The notes under the pieces are model-generated. The model was not told the origin of the DNA. It was given only the letters and a program-made list of their open reading frames with translations, and did no database searches. A program made the position numbers and the translations under genes. Positions 9,098 through 18,020 of a DNA stretch of 64,000 bases are shown here, piece by piece. Position 1 is the stretch's first letter. Each line of letters starts with the position of its first letter. Origin of the DNA: Bacteroidota bacterium (lineage in GTDB: Bacteria > Bacteroidota > Bacteroidia > UKL13-3); NCBI GenBank assembly GCA_027484685.1, contig JAIXSO010000066.1, positions 785 to 64,784 on the forward strand, written 5' to 3'.

Positions 9098-11614
9098 TTA
9101 ATTCTTCACCAATTTAAATGATGGACTATAACCACTATTACTTTCTAATCGAGCAAAATAAATACCTGAGTTGAGGTTGGTCATTTCATCAATGATGATG
9201 TTATTATTTCCAATATTGCTTTGAATAGTTTTAACAAAAACTTCTTTACCTACAGCATCTATAATCACCAATTTGGTATTTTCTTTTGTGTTGCTCATAA
9301 AATCAATTTCAATTTGGCTGCTAAATGGATTTGGTTTGATATTGATATTTGAAAAGGTATTTACATTAATAGGTTTTATAGATACAGGTGAATTAACAGT
9401 TAAAGTGAAATTTGTTGTGGTACTTCCTCCACTGTTTGAACCAGTAATGGTAAAAATAGTTTGAGCTATATTTACAGTTGGTGTTCCACTAATTAAACCA
9501 GTGGTAGTATTTAAACTTAAGCCATTTGGCAGCACAGGAATGATGCTAAAATTAGTAATTGAATCTCCTGAATAAGTTACTGAACTATTTATGTTGGTAA
9601 TGGTTCTAGTTGCAACAATACTTGAGTCATTGTATTTTAAATTATTAGGTGCAATGCTATTTACAGTTAACCTAAAACTAGCGGTTGTGCTTCCACCGTT
9701 ATTTGTTCCTGTAATTGTAAATGTTGTTTGTGGTAATGTTACCAATGGTATTCCACTTATCAAACCAGTCGAAGTATTTAAACTTAAACCTAAAGGTAAA
9801 CTTGGAGTAATACTAAAACTAGTAATTGAATCTCCTGAATATATTACTGAACTATTTATGTTGGTAATGGTTCTAGTTGCAACAATATTTGAGTCATTGT
9901 ATTTTAAATTACTAGGTGCAATGCTATTTACAGTTAACCTAAAACTAGCTGTTGTGCTTCCACCATTATTTGTTCCAGTAATTGTAAAAACAGTTTGTGG
10001 TATTGATACCTTTGGAATTCCACTAATTCTTCCTGTTGAGGTATTTAAACTAACGCCAGTTGGTAAACTTGGAGAAATACTAAAACTAGTTATTGAATCT
10101 CCTAAATAAGTTACAGAACTGTTTATATTAGTAATGGTTCTAGTTGCAATAACAATTGATGGAGAATAAATTAATGAACTTGGAGAAACAGATAACGCTT
10201 TAAAAGCATTAATTCTTCCATAGCCATAATATTGATCCCATCCTAAAGTATCTTCACTTAAGTTACCAACTCTATCTTTTGCGGTTCTTTCTATTATTGA
10301 TTTAATCTGTGCAGGTGTTCGGTTTGGATTTTGAGCTAATAACAAAGAAGCAAGACCTGATACTAGTGGTGTTGCTTGTGATGTTCCACCCCAATAAGAA
10401 TTATAATTGGTATTTGATTGATAATTTAAACCATAAATATAGTTACCAGGAGCAACAACAGAAATATGACTTCCATAATTACTTCCACTTGTTGAACTCC
10501 AAAAAAATGGGTTAGACCTTGTGTCATTTGAATTAGTTGAACCTACTGCAATAACACCTGTATATGCTGCTGGATAATAAACTGTATTTGAATTTGTATT
10601 CATCATACAGGCAACGATTATTACGTTATTATTTAAAGCATAAGTAACAGCATTTTGCAATGTAGTTGAAGTGCCTGTCCCGCCTAATGACATATTAATG
10701 ACATTTGCCCCATTATCTACTCCATAATAAATAGCATCGGCAAACCATGAATAATATCCTAAATTAGTATTATCAAGTCCTTTTAAAGTCATTAGTTTGC
10801 AATTCCAGTCTACACCAGCATAACCAATTGAATTATTTCCATTAGCCCCAATAATACCTACAACATTGGTTCCGTGTCCATGGTCATCAGAAGGATTATT
10901 GTCTGTATTTGCAAAATCCCACCCTTTCACGTCATCAACATATCCATTGCTGTCATCATCTAATCCATTACTAGGAATTTCATTATAATTTATCCAGATT
11001 CTATTTGTAAATTCGGGATGGTCTAATTTTGTTCCGCTATCTATGATACCAACAACTATATTGCTATCACCTTGCTCTATATTCCAAGCTTTTTCCATAT
11101 CAATATCAGCACCTGCAATAGAAGGCGATAAAGAAAATGTTCCATTATTTTTTAGTCCCCATTGTCTTAAATAGTGTTGGTCATTGGGAGTAACAGTTTC
11201 CCCTCCTCCTGAACCTTTATAGTCTGGTTCGGCATATTCAATTTCACCTGTATTGTAATATTCATCTATTACCTGCTGAACATTTGTTCCAATTGGAAAA
11301 GTAATAATAAAAATATGTTGTTTGTTTTTTTTTCCTATTGTTTGTTTTTTAATTTTAATAGGATTAAATTTTTGAGTAATGGAGTCAACTTTGTTGTTTC
11401 CAGTTATTTCGTGATTGTAAAGTGATTTGTTTAATAAAATTTTGCTTTTTAATTTTATTATGATTTGTTTTGTCTCTTCTGGTTTTTTTACTGACCAACT
11501 ATCAGGGTTAAAAGAGGTTATGGTGGGAGCTTGTGCAAAGACAGCTTTTCCAAACATTAGTAATACCATAACCATTAGTAGGTTATGAAATATTTTTTGT
11601 AAAGTATTTTTCAT
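9098..11614 (-). CDS. S8 family serine peptidase (subtilase) with three tandem Ig-like (He_PIG-type) repeats and a T9SS type A C-terminal sorting domain
   Basis: 838 aa with a signal peptide. Subtilase catalytic triad regions: DSGT (Asp), HGTNVVGII (His) and GTSQATPLVSGLASLL (Ser). There are three ~90-aa repeats with the motif LP.G(L/V)SLNT(S/T)TG.ISG(I/T)P. The C-terminal ~80 aa (KPNPFSSQIEIDF...GIYFARL...) resembles the Por secretion tail. Confidence 0.9.
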   Translation of the reverse strand: MKNTLQKIFHNLLMVMVLLMFGKAVFAQAPTITSFNPDSWSVKKPEETKQIIIKLKSKILLNKSLYNHEITGNNKVDSITQKFNPIKIKKQTIGKKNKQHIFIITFPIGTNVQQVIDEYYNTGEIEYAEPDYKGSGGGETVTPNDQHYLRQWGLKNNGTFSLSPSIAGADIDMEKAWNIEQGDSNIVVGIIDSGTKLDHPEFTNRIWINYNEIPSNGLDDDSNGYVDDVKGWDFANTDNNPSDDHGHGTNVVGIIGANGNNSIGYAGVDWNCKLMTLKGLDNTNLGYYSWFADAIYYGVDNGANVINMSLGGTGTSTTLQNAVTYALNNNVIIVACMMNTNSNTVYYPAAYTGVIAVGSTNSNDTRSNPFFWSSTSGSNYGSHISVVAPGNYIYGLNYQSNTNYNSYWGGTSQATPLVSGLASLLLAQNPNRTPAQIKSIIERTAKDRVGNLSEDTLGWDQYYGYGRINAFKALSVSPSSLIYSPSIVIATRTITNINSSVTYLGDSITSFSISPSLPTGVSLNTSTGRISGIPKVSIPQTVFTITGTNNGGSTTASFRLTVNSIAPSNLKYNDSNIVATRTITNINSSVIYSGDSITSFSITPSLPLGLSLNTSTGLISGIPLVTLPQTTFTITGTNNGGSTTASFRLTVNSIAPNNLKYNDSSIVATRTITNINSSVTYSGDSITNFSIIPVLPNGLSLNTTTGLISGTPTVNIAQTIFTITGSNSGGSTTTNFTLTVNSPVSIKPINVNTFSNINIKPNPFSSQIEIDFMSNTKENTKLVIIDAVGKEVFVKTIQSNIGNNNIIIDEMTNLNSGIYFARLESNSGYSPSFKLVKN
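9270..10150. repeat. Three tandem ~270-bp coding repeats (two nearly identical at the DNA level) inside the subtilase gene
   Basis: Units begin near 9270, 9541 and 9811. The second and third units are about 95% identical over 270 bp. The spurious plus-strand ORF 9591..10109 with an internal protein duplication is an artefact of this repeat. Confidence 0.9.
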
Positions 11615-11762
11615 AATTTTTGTTGAGGCGAAAATATATTAATTTATTTTAAAAATTAAAATTTCTTGTGAATAATTAATTTTTATATCGTTTACTTAAC
11701 TAATTCTATTCTTTCCACTTCTTTCACATCCATTTCATTTTCTTTCTTTCTTCTTGTTCACA

Positions 11763-11820
11763 GAAGGCTTCTAGCTATCTCAGGAAGCATTATTTTTATT
11801 CAAGGAAGGCTTCCAGCTAT
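11763..11820. promoter_or_regulatory. Pair of 16-bp direct repeats (gaaggcttcYagctat) with 42-bp spacing, upstream of the subtilase gene
   Basis: Repeat copies lie at 11763-11778 and 11805-11820 with one mismatch. They are 150-200 bp upstream of the minus-strand start at 11614. The 4-helical-turn spacing is typical of response-regulator direct-repeat sites. Confidence 0.3.
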
Positions 11821-12246
11821 ATATTTTGATGTTATTTATACATAAAACGGTTTTTTTAAATGCTAAAAGTGTGGATGTATATAAACAAAATCTAAATGGC
11901 TGAAAATAGAATTTTATACTTTTTAAAATAATAATTCTTTAGGTATTTGGTTAGACCATAAACAGGAGCATTAGTAATGCTTATGGAAAAAGTCATGCAG
12001 TGCATCTCCTTAATTTGGCAACCAACACTCCGTTAGCTATGCTGGTTGCGAAGGAAAGAGGATTCCTGCGGAATGACTTTTATTTTTATTATGCGTTATC
12101 CAGCGTATATCTTTGGTATGGTAACCGTTGTAACTTCCTTGCATTTTTTAATAAAGTAGACACTATCATAAAAATAATTGATTAGGCATAGCTATGCTTT
12201 GCATATTTTTTACATTTTTGCACCATTAAAACTAAAATACAAAAGT

Positions 12247-13650
12247 ATGTACGTAATAAAATTTGGAACTGATGGTTGGCGAGGTATTATAGCCGATGAA
12301 TTTACTGTTGAAAATGTTAAGCGTGTAGCGCAAGGAACAGCAGCATACGTTAAAGCAAATTTTGCTAATAACTTAACCGTGGTGTTGGGCCACGATTGCC
12401 GTTTTGCAGGTGAGCTTTTTGCTGAAACTACCGCAAAAGTTTTATGTGCCAATGGCATTAAAGTAATAATGGCTAAAGGTTTTGTGAGCACTCCTATGAT
12501 TAGTTTAGGTGCTGTAAAACATGGTGCAGCATTAGGAGTAATTATTACTGCTAGTCATAATCCACCGGCTTATAATGGTTTTAAACTAAAAGCACATTAT
12601 GGCGGACCAAGCAGCCCTGCCGTGATTGATGCAGTAGAAAATGCAATTCCCGAAACAGTAAGTTTACCTTTAAAAAGCATTGATACTTTGGTAAGCGAAG
12701 GCATGATAACTTATGCCGACCTTGAAACCATGTATGTAAACGAGGTAGAAAGCAAATTTGATTTAAAATTAATAAAAGAAAGCAAGTTTGAATTTGCTTA
12801 CGATGCCATGTATGGTGCAGGACAAAATGTAATGCGTAGGGTTTTTCCTGAAATTACCATGTTGCATTGCGATTATAACCCAGGTTTTGATGGACAAGCA
12901 CCTGAACCAATCCATAAAAATTTAACTGAGTTCAGCGAGTTAATTCGCATCAGCGAAGAAATTGATTGCGGTTTGGTAACTGATGGCGATGCTGATAGAA
13001 TTGGTTTATACAATGGCAAAGGTGAGTTTGTAGATTCGCACCATATTATTCTTTTATTGGTTCATTACTTGCATAAATACAAAGGCATGGATGGTAAAGT
13101 AATTACTACTTTTAGTGCTACTTCAAAAATTACCAAACTAGCCGAAGCTTATGGTTTGCCAATAGAAATTACCAAAATTGGGTTTAAATACATTTGCGAA
13201 AAAATGGTTACCGAAAATGTATTAGTAGGTGGCGAGGAAAGTGGTGGAATTGCTATTAAAGGCTTTATTCCTGAGCGTGATGGTATTTGGATTGGCTTAA
13301 CCCTTTGGGAATTTATGGCTAAAACCGGCAAAACCTTAGACGAATTAATTCAAGAAGTTTATGATGTAGTTGGCAGTTTTGCTATGGGCAGAATTGACTT
13401 ACACATTACCGAAGAAATTAAACAAACGGTATTAGCTAATTGCAAAGCAGGAAAATACACTCAATTTGGAAGCTATAATATAGAAAAAACCGAAGACTTA
13501 GATGGTTATAAATTCCATTTAGGAAATGGCGAATGGGTAATGATTCGTGCAAGTGGAACCGAGCCTGTATTACGCGTGTACAGTGAGTCGAGCACTAACG
13601 ATAAAGCAACTGCCATTTTAGAAGCAACCAAAGCAGTTTTATTAGCTTAA
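12247..13650 (+). CDS. Phosphoglucomutase/phosphomannomutase family (alpha-D-phosphohexomutase) protein
   Basis: The N-terminus FGTDGWRG, the active-site phosphoserine loop TASHNP, the metal-binding loop DGDADR and the sugar-binding GEESGG loop are all present. The start was set to the ATG at 12247 (MYVIKFGTDGWRG). The track ORF starts at an upstream TTG. Confidence 0.9.
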   Translation: MYVIKFGTDGWRGIIADEFTVENVKRVAQGTAAYVKANFANNLTVVLGHDCRFAGELFAETTAKVLCANGIKVIMAKGFVSTPMISLGAVKHGAALGVIITASHNPPAYNGFKLKAHYGGPSSPAVIDAVENAIPETVSLPLKSIDTLVSEGMITYADLETMYVNEVESKFDLKLIKESKFEFAYDAMYGAGQNVMRRVFPEITMLHCDYNPGFDGQAPEPIHKNLTEFSELIRISEEIDCGLVTDGDADRIGLYNGKGEFVDSHHIILLLVHYLHKYKGMDGKVITTFSATSKITKLAEAYGLPIEITKIGFKYICEKMVTENVLVGGEESGGIAIKGFIPERDGIWIGLTLWEFMAKTGKTLDELIQEVYDVVGSFAMGRIDLHITEEIKQTVLANCKAGKYTQFGSYNIEKTEDLDGYKFHLGNGEWVMIRASGTEPVLRVYSESSTNDKATAILEATKAVLLA

Positions 13651-13677
13651 AACAAAAAATCAATATTAATCAACTTA

Positions 13678-13706
13678 AAGCTTAGCCCTTGTGCTAGGCT
13701 TTTTGC
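13678..13706 (+). terminator. Rho-independent terminator after the phosphohexomutase gene
   Basis: Hairpin gcttagc/ccttgt/gctaggc followed by TTTTT. Confidence 0.55.
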
Positions 13707-13790
13707 TTTTACTCCCTTAACAATAATTCTTTTAAAACTAATATTCATTTTTTAGTTTCCTAATTTAAAAATTTTTAAGTAAAATTGCTC

Positions 13791-15311
13791 ATGCCTATCG
13801 TAAACTCATTAGTAAGCTGGTACTTAAAAAAACGGGTTCCGTTTATTGATAGGATAATGCTTGAACCACATGCCGTTCAAGAAGAACAACTTACTAAACT
13901 GCTGCGCCATGCAGAGCTAACTTACTTTGGAAGTAAAGCCAATTTTAGTAAAATTAGAAATTACGAAGACTTTAAAAAACAAGTTCCAGTAACCAATTAC
14001 GATGGGTTTAAACCTTATATCGATCAAATATTGCAAGGCAAACAAAATGTAGTTTGGCCAAGCGATACCAGGTGGTTTGCCAAATCATCGGGAACTACCA
14101 GCGATAAAAGTAAATTTATTCCTGTTACTCACGAAAGTTTAGATGAATGCCATTTTCAAGGTGGTAAAGATGCTTTGCTGTTTTATTTGCTTCAAAATAC
14201 TGATAGTAATCTGTTTGATGGTAAAGGTTTAGTAGTTGGTGGAAGCAATAATGTAAACAAACTGAACGATGAAAGTTTTTATGGCGATTTATCGGCAGTT
14301 ATGATGCAAAACATGCCTTTTTGGGCTCAATATTTACGCACGCCTGAGTTGGCTATTGCGCTTATGAATAATTGGGACGAAAAAGTAGAAAAAATGGCCA
14401 AAGCTACTTTAAACGAAAATGTTACCAATATGTCGGGGGTGCCCACTTGGACAGCTGTTTTAATTGAAAAACTGTATGAACTAACAGGCAAAAATTGCCT
14501 TACCGATATTTGGCCAAATATGGAGCTTTATATTCATGGTGGTGTAAGTTTTACACCTTACCGCGAACGTTTTAGGCGTTTAATCAAATCGAACCAAGTA
14601 AATTATTTAGAAACTTACAATGCTTCGGAAGGATTTTTTGGTATTCAAGACGATTTAAACCGAGATGATATGTTGCTCATGTTGGATTATGGTGTGTTTT
14701 ACGAGTTTATGCCTATGAGCGAATATGGCAAAGAAAACCCAAAAACACTGAGCATAGGCGAGGTACAAACAGACGAAAATTATGCTTTGGTTATTAGTAC
14801 CAATGCTGGCCTTTGGCGATACATAGTTGGCGATACCATTAAGTTTACCTCAACCAAACCTTACAGGTTTAAAATAACTGGCCGAACCAAACATTTTATT
14901 AATGCATTTGGCGAGGAATTAATGATTGAAAATGCGGATAACGCCATTAGCAGAGCTTGCAAAAATTTGGGTGCGCACATAGTTGATTATACCGCTGCAC
15001 CCATTTATATTGATGAAAACCAAAAAGGTGGACACGAATGGTTAATTGAGTTTGATAAAATGCCAGAAAATTTGGAGCAGTTTACCATTTACTTAGATAA
15101 TTATTTAAAAGAAAACAACAGCGATTACGAAGCCAAACGTTACAAAGACATGGCTATGTTATTGCCTAAAATACACGCTTTGCCTAGAGGCACTTTTAGC
15201 AATTGGCTTAAAAATAAACAAAAACTAGGTGGTCAGCATAAAGTACCGCGCCTAAGCAATAACCGCGATATTTTAGAAGAAATTTTAGGAACAATGAGTT
15301 TGGCGGGTTAA
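13791..15311 (+). CDS. GH3-family (auxin-responsive promoter family) adenylate-forming protein
   Basis: About 507 aa. The GH3 N-terminal region and adenylation motifs SSGTTSDKSKFIP and the YNASEGFFG region are present. This family is common in Bacteroidota. The start was set to the ATG at 13791. Confidence 0.85.
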   Translation: MPIVNSLVSWYLKKRVPFIDRIMLEPHAVQEEQLTKLLRHAELTYFGSKANFSKIRNYEDFKKQVPVTNYDGFKPYIDQILQGKQNVVWPSDTRWFAKSSGTTSDKSKFIPVTHESLDECHFQGGKDALLFYLLQNTDSNLFDGKGLVVGGSNNVNKLNDESFYGDLSAVMMQNMPFWAQYLRTPELAIALMNNWDEKVEKMAKATLNENVTNMSGVPTWTAVLIEKLYELTGKNCLTDIWPNMELYIHGGVSFTPYRERFRRLIKSNQVNYLETYNASEGFFGIQDDLNRDDMLLMLDYGVFYEFMPMSEYGKENPKTLSIGEVQTDENYALVISTNAGLWRYIVGDTIKFTSTKPYRFKITGRTKHFINAFGEELMIENADNAISRACKNLGAHIVDYTAAPIYIDENQKGGHEWLIEFDKMPENLEQFTIYLDNYLKENNSDYEAKRYKDMAMLLPKIHALPRGTFSNWLKNKQKLGGQHKVPRLSNNRDILEEILGTMSLAG

Positions 15312-15396
15312 AAGATGACAAGGTTGGAAAGATTACAAAGATTGGAAAATTAGTTGAGCTTATTGTCTACTTCGCCTAGGATTACACGCATTTCAC

Positions 15397-15429
15397 TTAC
15401 TTCGCATTTTTGTCACTTCGCATTCCGCA
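15397..15429. repeat. 33-bp perfect direct repeat, copy A (ttacttcgcatttttgtcacttcgcattccgca)
   Basis: Identical to 16213-16245. A partial extra copy of 'tacttcgc' lies at 15369-15376. It is 14 bp from the stop of the 15443..16198 gene. Confidence 0.9.
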
Positions 15430-15442
15430 TTTCAAAAATCCA

Positions 15443-16198
15443 TTACTTATTTTTCAACTCAATATTGAATTTATCTTTAAGGTATTTATTACAATCACCT
15501 CTTAAAAATTTATAACTTATATTGTAGGGTTCTTGATTGGGGAAATCAGTCGAAATATCTCCAATTCCTTTTAAATAACAAATTTTACCTGAACCAAAGC
15601 TGCAACCATCAACCCATACAAACTGGTTGGTTATAGAATCATTCCATGACTCGGCAAACCCAATTTTACTTAAATTAGTTGAGATTAAATCAATTGACTT
15701 GTAAACTCCTTTATAACGAAATTTATTACTATTAAAGCAATTGCACATGATGCCATTTACTTTTTCTTGTTCCTCAAATTTAAATTTTTCGGCAAATAAA
15801 AAGGAATCATTAAAACCACTTTCCTTACCTAAATAAAACACAATTAAACTATCGAATTTATTCATTTTTTTGTTTGGTAAAACCAACAAATTTTCTTTAA
15901 TAAATTTTTGTGTTATACCTTCTTTGGTAACCAAATATTGCTTTATTCTGCCAAACTTGTAATTAATTGGATTAAGAAAATAATCAATTGATTTGCTTGC
16001 TCTCAAAAAACTGAAAAGAGAATCTCTGATGATTCTTCCATCAATAATTGTTAGTAAGGAATCATGATGATAAGTTCTTATAGTGGCATATTCATAATTA
16101 CCTTCAATTAATTCACATTGACAGGTGTCGTTTTTTTGAGCTGTTAGACTTAGTCCAATCAAAAAATGAAATATAATAAACAACACAATCTTTTTCAT
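15443..16198 (-). CDS. Hypothetical secreted protein (251 aa), AT-rich
   Basis: ATG start and an N-terminal signal peptide (MKKIVLFIIFHFLIGLSLTAQ). Several Cys pairs. No recognisable family. It is precisely bracketed by the 33-bp direct repeats. Confidence 0.6.
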   Translation of the reverse strand: MKKIVLFIIFHFLIGLSLTAQKNDTCQCELIEGNYEYATIRTYHHDSLLTIIDGRIIRDSLFSFLRASKSIDYFLNPINYKFGRIKQYLVTKEGITQKFIKENLLVLPNKKMNKFDSLIVFYLGKESGFNDSFLFAEKFKFEEQEKVNGIMCNCFNSNKFRYKGVYKSIDLISTNLSKIGFAESWNDSITNQFVWVDGCSFGSGKICYLKGIGDISTDFPNQEPYNISYKFLRGDCNKYLKDKFNIELKNK

Positions 16199-16212
16199 TC
16201 AACATTCAAAAT

Positions 16213-16245
16213 TTACTTCGCATTTTTGTCACTTCGCATTCCGCA
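16213..16245. repeat. 33-bp perfect direct repeat, copy B
   Basis: Identical to 15397-15429. It is 15 bp upstream of the start of the 15443..16198 gene and just 3' of the DEAD-box helicase stop. Confidence 0.9.
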
Positions 16246-16253
16246 GTTAATAG

Positions 16254-17600
16254 TTACTTATTCTTCCTCTTCATAGCTCTATTGCGTTCTACAGCGCGGT
16301 TTCTTGGCTTTGTTTTATTAGGGTTTCTGCGTCTAGGGCCTCCTAAATTTTCTTTCGTGTTTTTAGCTTTCTTTTCGTGAAACGATGGATTGGCGTTTTT
16401 ATTTTTCTTTATTTTTAAATAATTCTTTGCACCTACTTCAGGTTTTTCGTCAGCGGCAAAAACCGTTGAAATTACCACTTCCTTTGGCATTTCTACCAAC
16501 GGAATTTCCATTTTCATTAATGTTTCAATATTGTATTTATATTCTTCTTCTACCTCGTTTACAAAAGTTATTGCCAAACCATCTTTGCCTGCGCGGCCTG
16601 TTCTACCAATTCTATGCAAATAATCTCCAGGTGTATCAGGCGTATCAAAGTTTATTACATGGCTTACATCCACTATATCCAATCCCCTTGCAGCTATATC
16701 AGTAGCTATTAAAATACGGAATTTACCCTCCTGAAACTTTTTTAAAGTAGCAAACCTCACCGTTTGCGATTTAGCAGAATGAATAACCATTACCTCATCT
16801 GTAAACTTGGTAACCATTTGCTCAAATAACCTATCGGCCATTTTTATACTCTTTACAAAAACCATTACTTTATTGATACTTTCGTTTTGGTTCAATAAAT
16901 GCTCTAATAAATTAACCTTGGTATTGTAGTTTGGCACCAAATAAGCCGATTGACCAATTTGAGCTAAAGGCGTTCCATGAGCTGCTATTTCTATTTTTTT
17001 AGGATTGGTAAAAAAAGTATGAATCAATTTTTCCACCTCGGGAGTCATGGTAGCCGAAAACAAAATATTTTGGTGTTTTGGCATCAAATCTAAAATGGTG
17101 GTAAGCTGTGCTCTAAAACCTTGGTCAAGCATTTCATCTACCTCATCTATTACCAATTGTTGAGCTAACTTTAATTTTAAATGACCAATTCCAGCCAAAT
17201 CAATTAAGCGGCCCGGAGTTGAAACCAAAATATCTAATCCATCAAAAACCAATTGGCGCTGCGGGTTGATATTAGCACCACCATAAATACCACCATAACG
17301 AACAGTAATGTATTTGCTCAGTTTTTCAATTTCTTGTACCACCTGTAATACCAACTCGCGCGTTGGAACTAAAATAATAGCTCTTGGATGTTTTTCGTGG
17401 CTAAATTTCATTTGCCTTAAAATAGGCAATAAATAAGCAAAGGTTTTACCTGTTCCAGTTTGGGCCACACCTATTACATCGCTACCAGACATGATTACCG
17501 GAAAAGCTTGTTCTTGAATAGGTGTTGGGTGTATATATTCTAAATCGCTTAAGGCATTAAGCAAAGGAGCATTTAAATTTAAATCTTCGAAGTTTAGCAT
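16254..17600 (-). CDS. DEAD-box ATP-dependent RNA helicase with basic C-terminal tail
   Basis: Q-motif, Walker A AQTGTGKT, motif Ia PTRELV, DEVD (DEAD-box variant), SAT, and motif VI HRIGRTGRAG. The C-terminal tail is Arg/Lys-rich. Confidence 0.95.
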   Translation of the reverse strand: MLNFEDLNLNAPLLNALSDLEYIHPTPIQEQAFPVIMSGSDVIGVAQTGTGKTFAYLLPILRQMKFSHEKHPRAIILVPTRELVLQVVQEIEKLSKYITVRYGGIYGGANINPQRQLVFDGLDILVSTPGRLIDLAGIGHLKLKLAQQLVIDEVDEMLDQGFRAQLTTILDLMPKHQNILFSATMTPEVEKLIHTFFTNPKKIEIAAHGTPLAQIGQSAYLVPNYNTKVNLLEHLLNQNESINKVMVFVKSIKMADRLFEQMVTKFTDEVMVIHSAKSQTVRFATLKKFQEGKFRILIATDIAARGLDIVDVSHVINFDTPDTPGDYLHRIGRTGRAGKDGLAITFVNEVEEEYKYNIETLMKMEIPLVEMPKEVVISTVFAADEKPEVGAKNYLKIKKNKNANPSFHEKKAKNTKENLGGPRRRNPNKTKPRNRAVERNRAMKRKNK

Positions 17601-18020
17601 GTTGTAAGTATGTAACTGTTTTTCAGTTATTTATAATTAATTGTTTTATAAATAGTTATTTATAAATTACTGCAAATTAAGCCTAAAAGCCTTACAATAG
17701 CTAAATGAAAATTTTTGGTTGTTCGTTGTCCGTTTTTCGTTGCTCTTTGCTTTGCTTATCTTTTATTAATTTTAACCACATAGAACATAGAAAAATAGTT
17801 TTCAGGTTTGTTTTTCATGCTTGGTGTTTCATTTATCGTGCATTGCCCATCAACTATTTATTTATGCCCGAGCTTGAAGTCATCACTAATCCACCTTTCA
17901 ATTGGAGAGAACAACCGAGAACAAATATCATCTAAAATTGATGTGATATCACCTAGATAATTACCAATACCTAAAGGTAAATCATTGGGGGATATTAATT
18001 TGGTTATGCTTTAATAGTTA

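Noticed and set aside
9591-10109. 172-aa plus-strand ORF with an internal protein duplication
   Set aside because: It lies antisense to the subtilase gene, exactly over the 270-bp tandem repeats. The duplication is an artefact of the repeat, there is no start context, and it sits inside a strongly supported CDS.
9270-10150. Possible CRISPR array suggested by tandem repeats
   Set aside because: The repeat unit is 270 bp and coding (Ig-like domain). There is no short repeat/spacer periodicity and no cas genes.
12000-12185. 61-aa ORF upstream of the phosphohexomutase gene
   Set aside because: It overlaps the GC-rich structured island. It has no conserved features, and its stop runs into the TTG-extended start of the downstream gene. 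More likely a regulatory or RNA region.
17705-17935. 76-aa ORF between the DEAD-box helicase and the 620-aa gene
   Set aside because: Cys/Phe-rich translation of a pyrimidine-rich spacer. It has no RBS or family resemblance and probably lies in the promoter/5' UTR region of the helicase.
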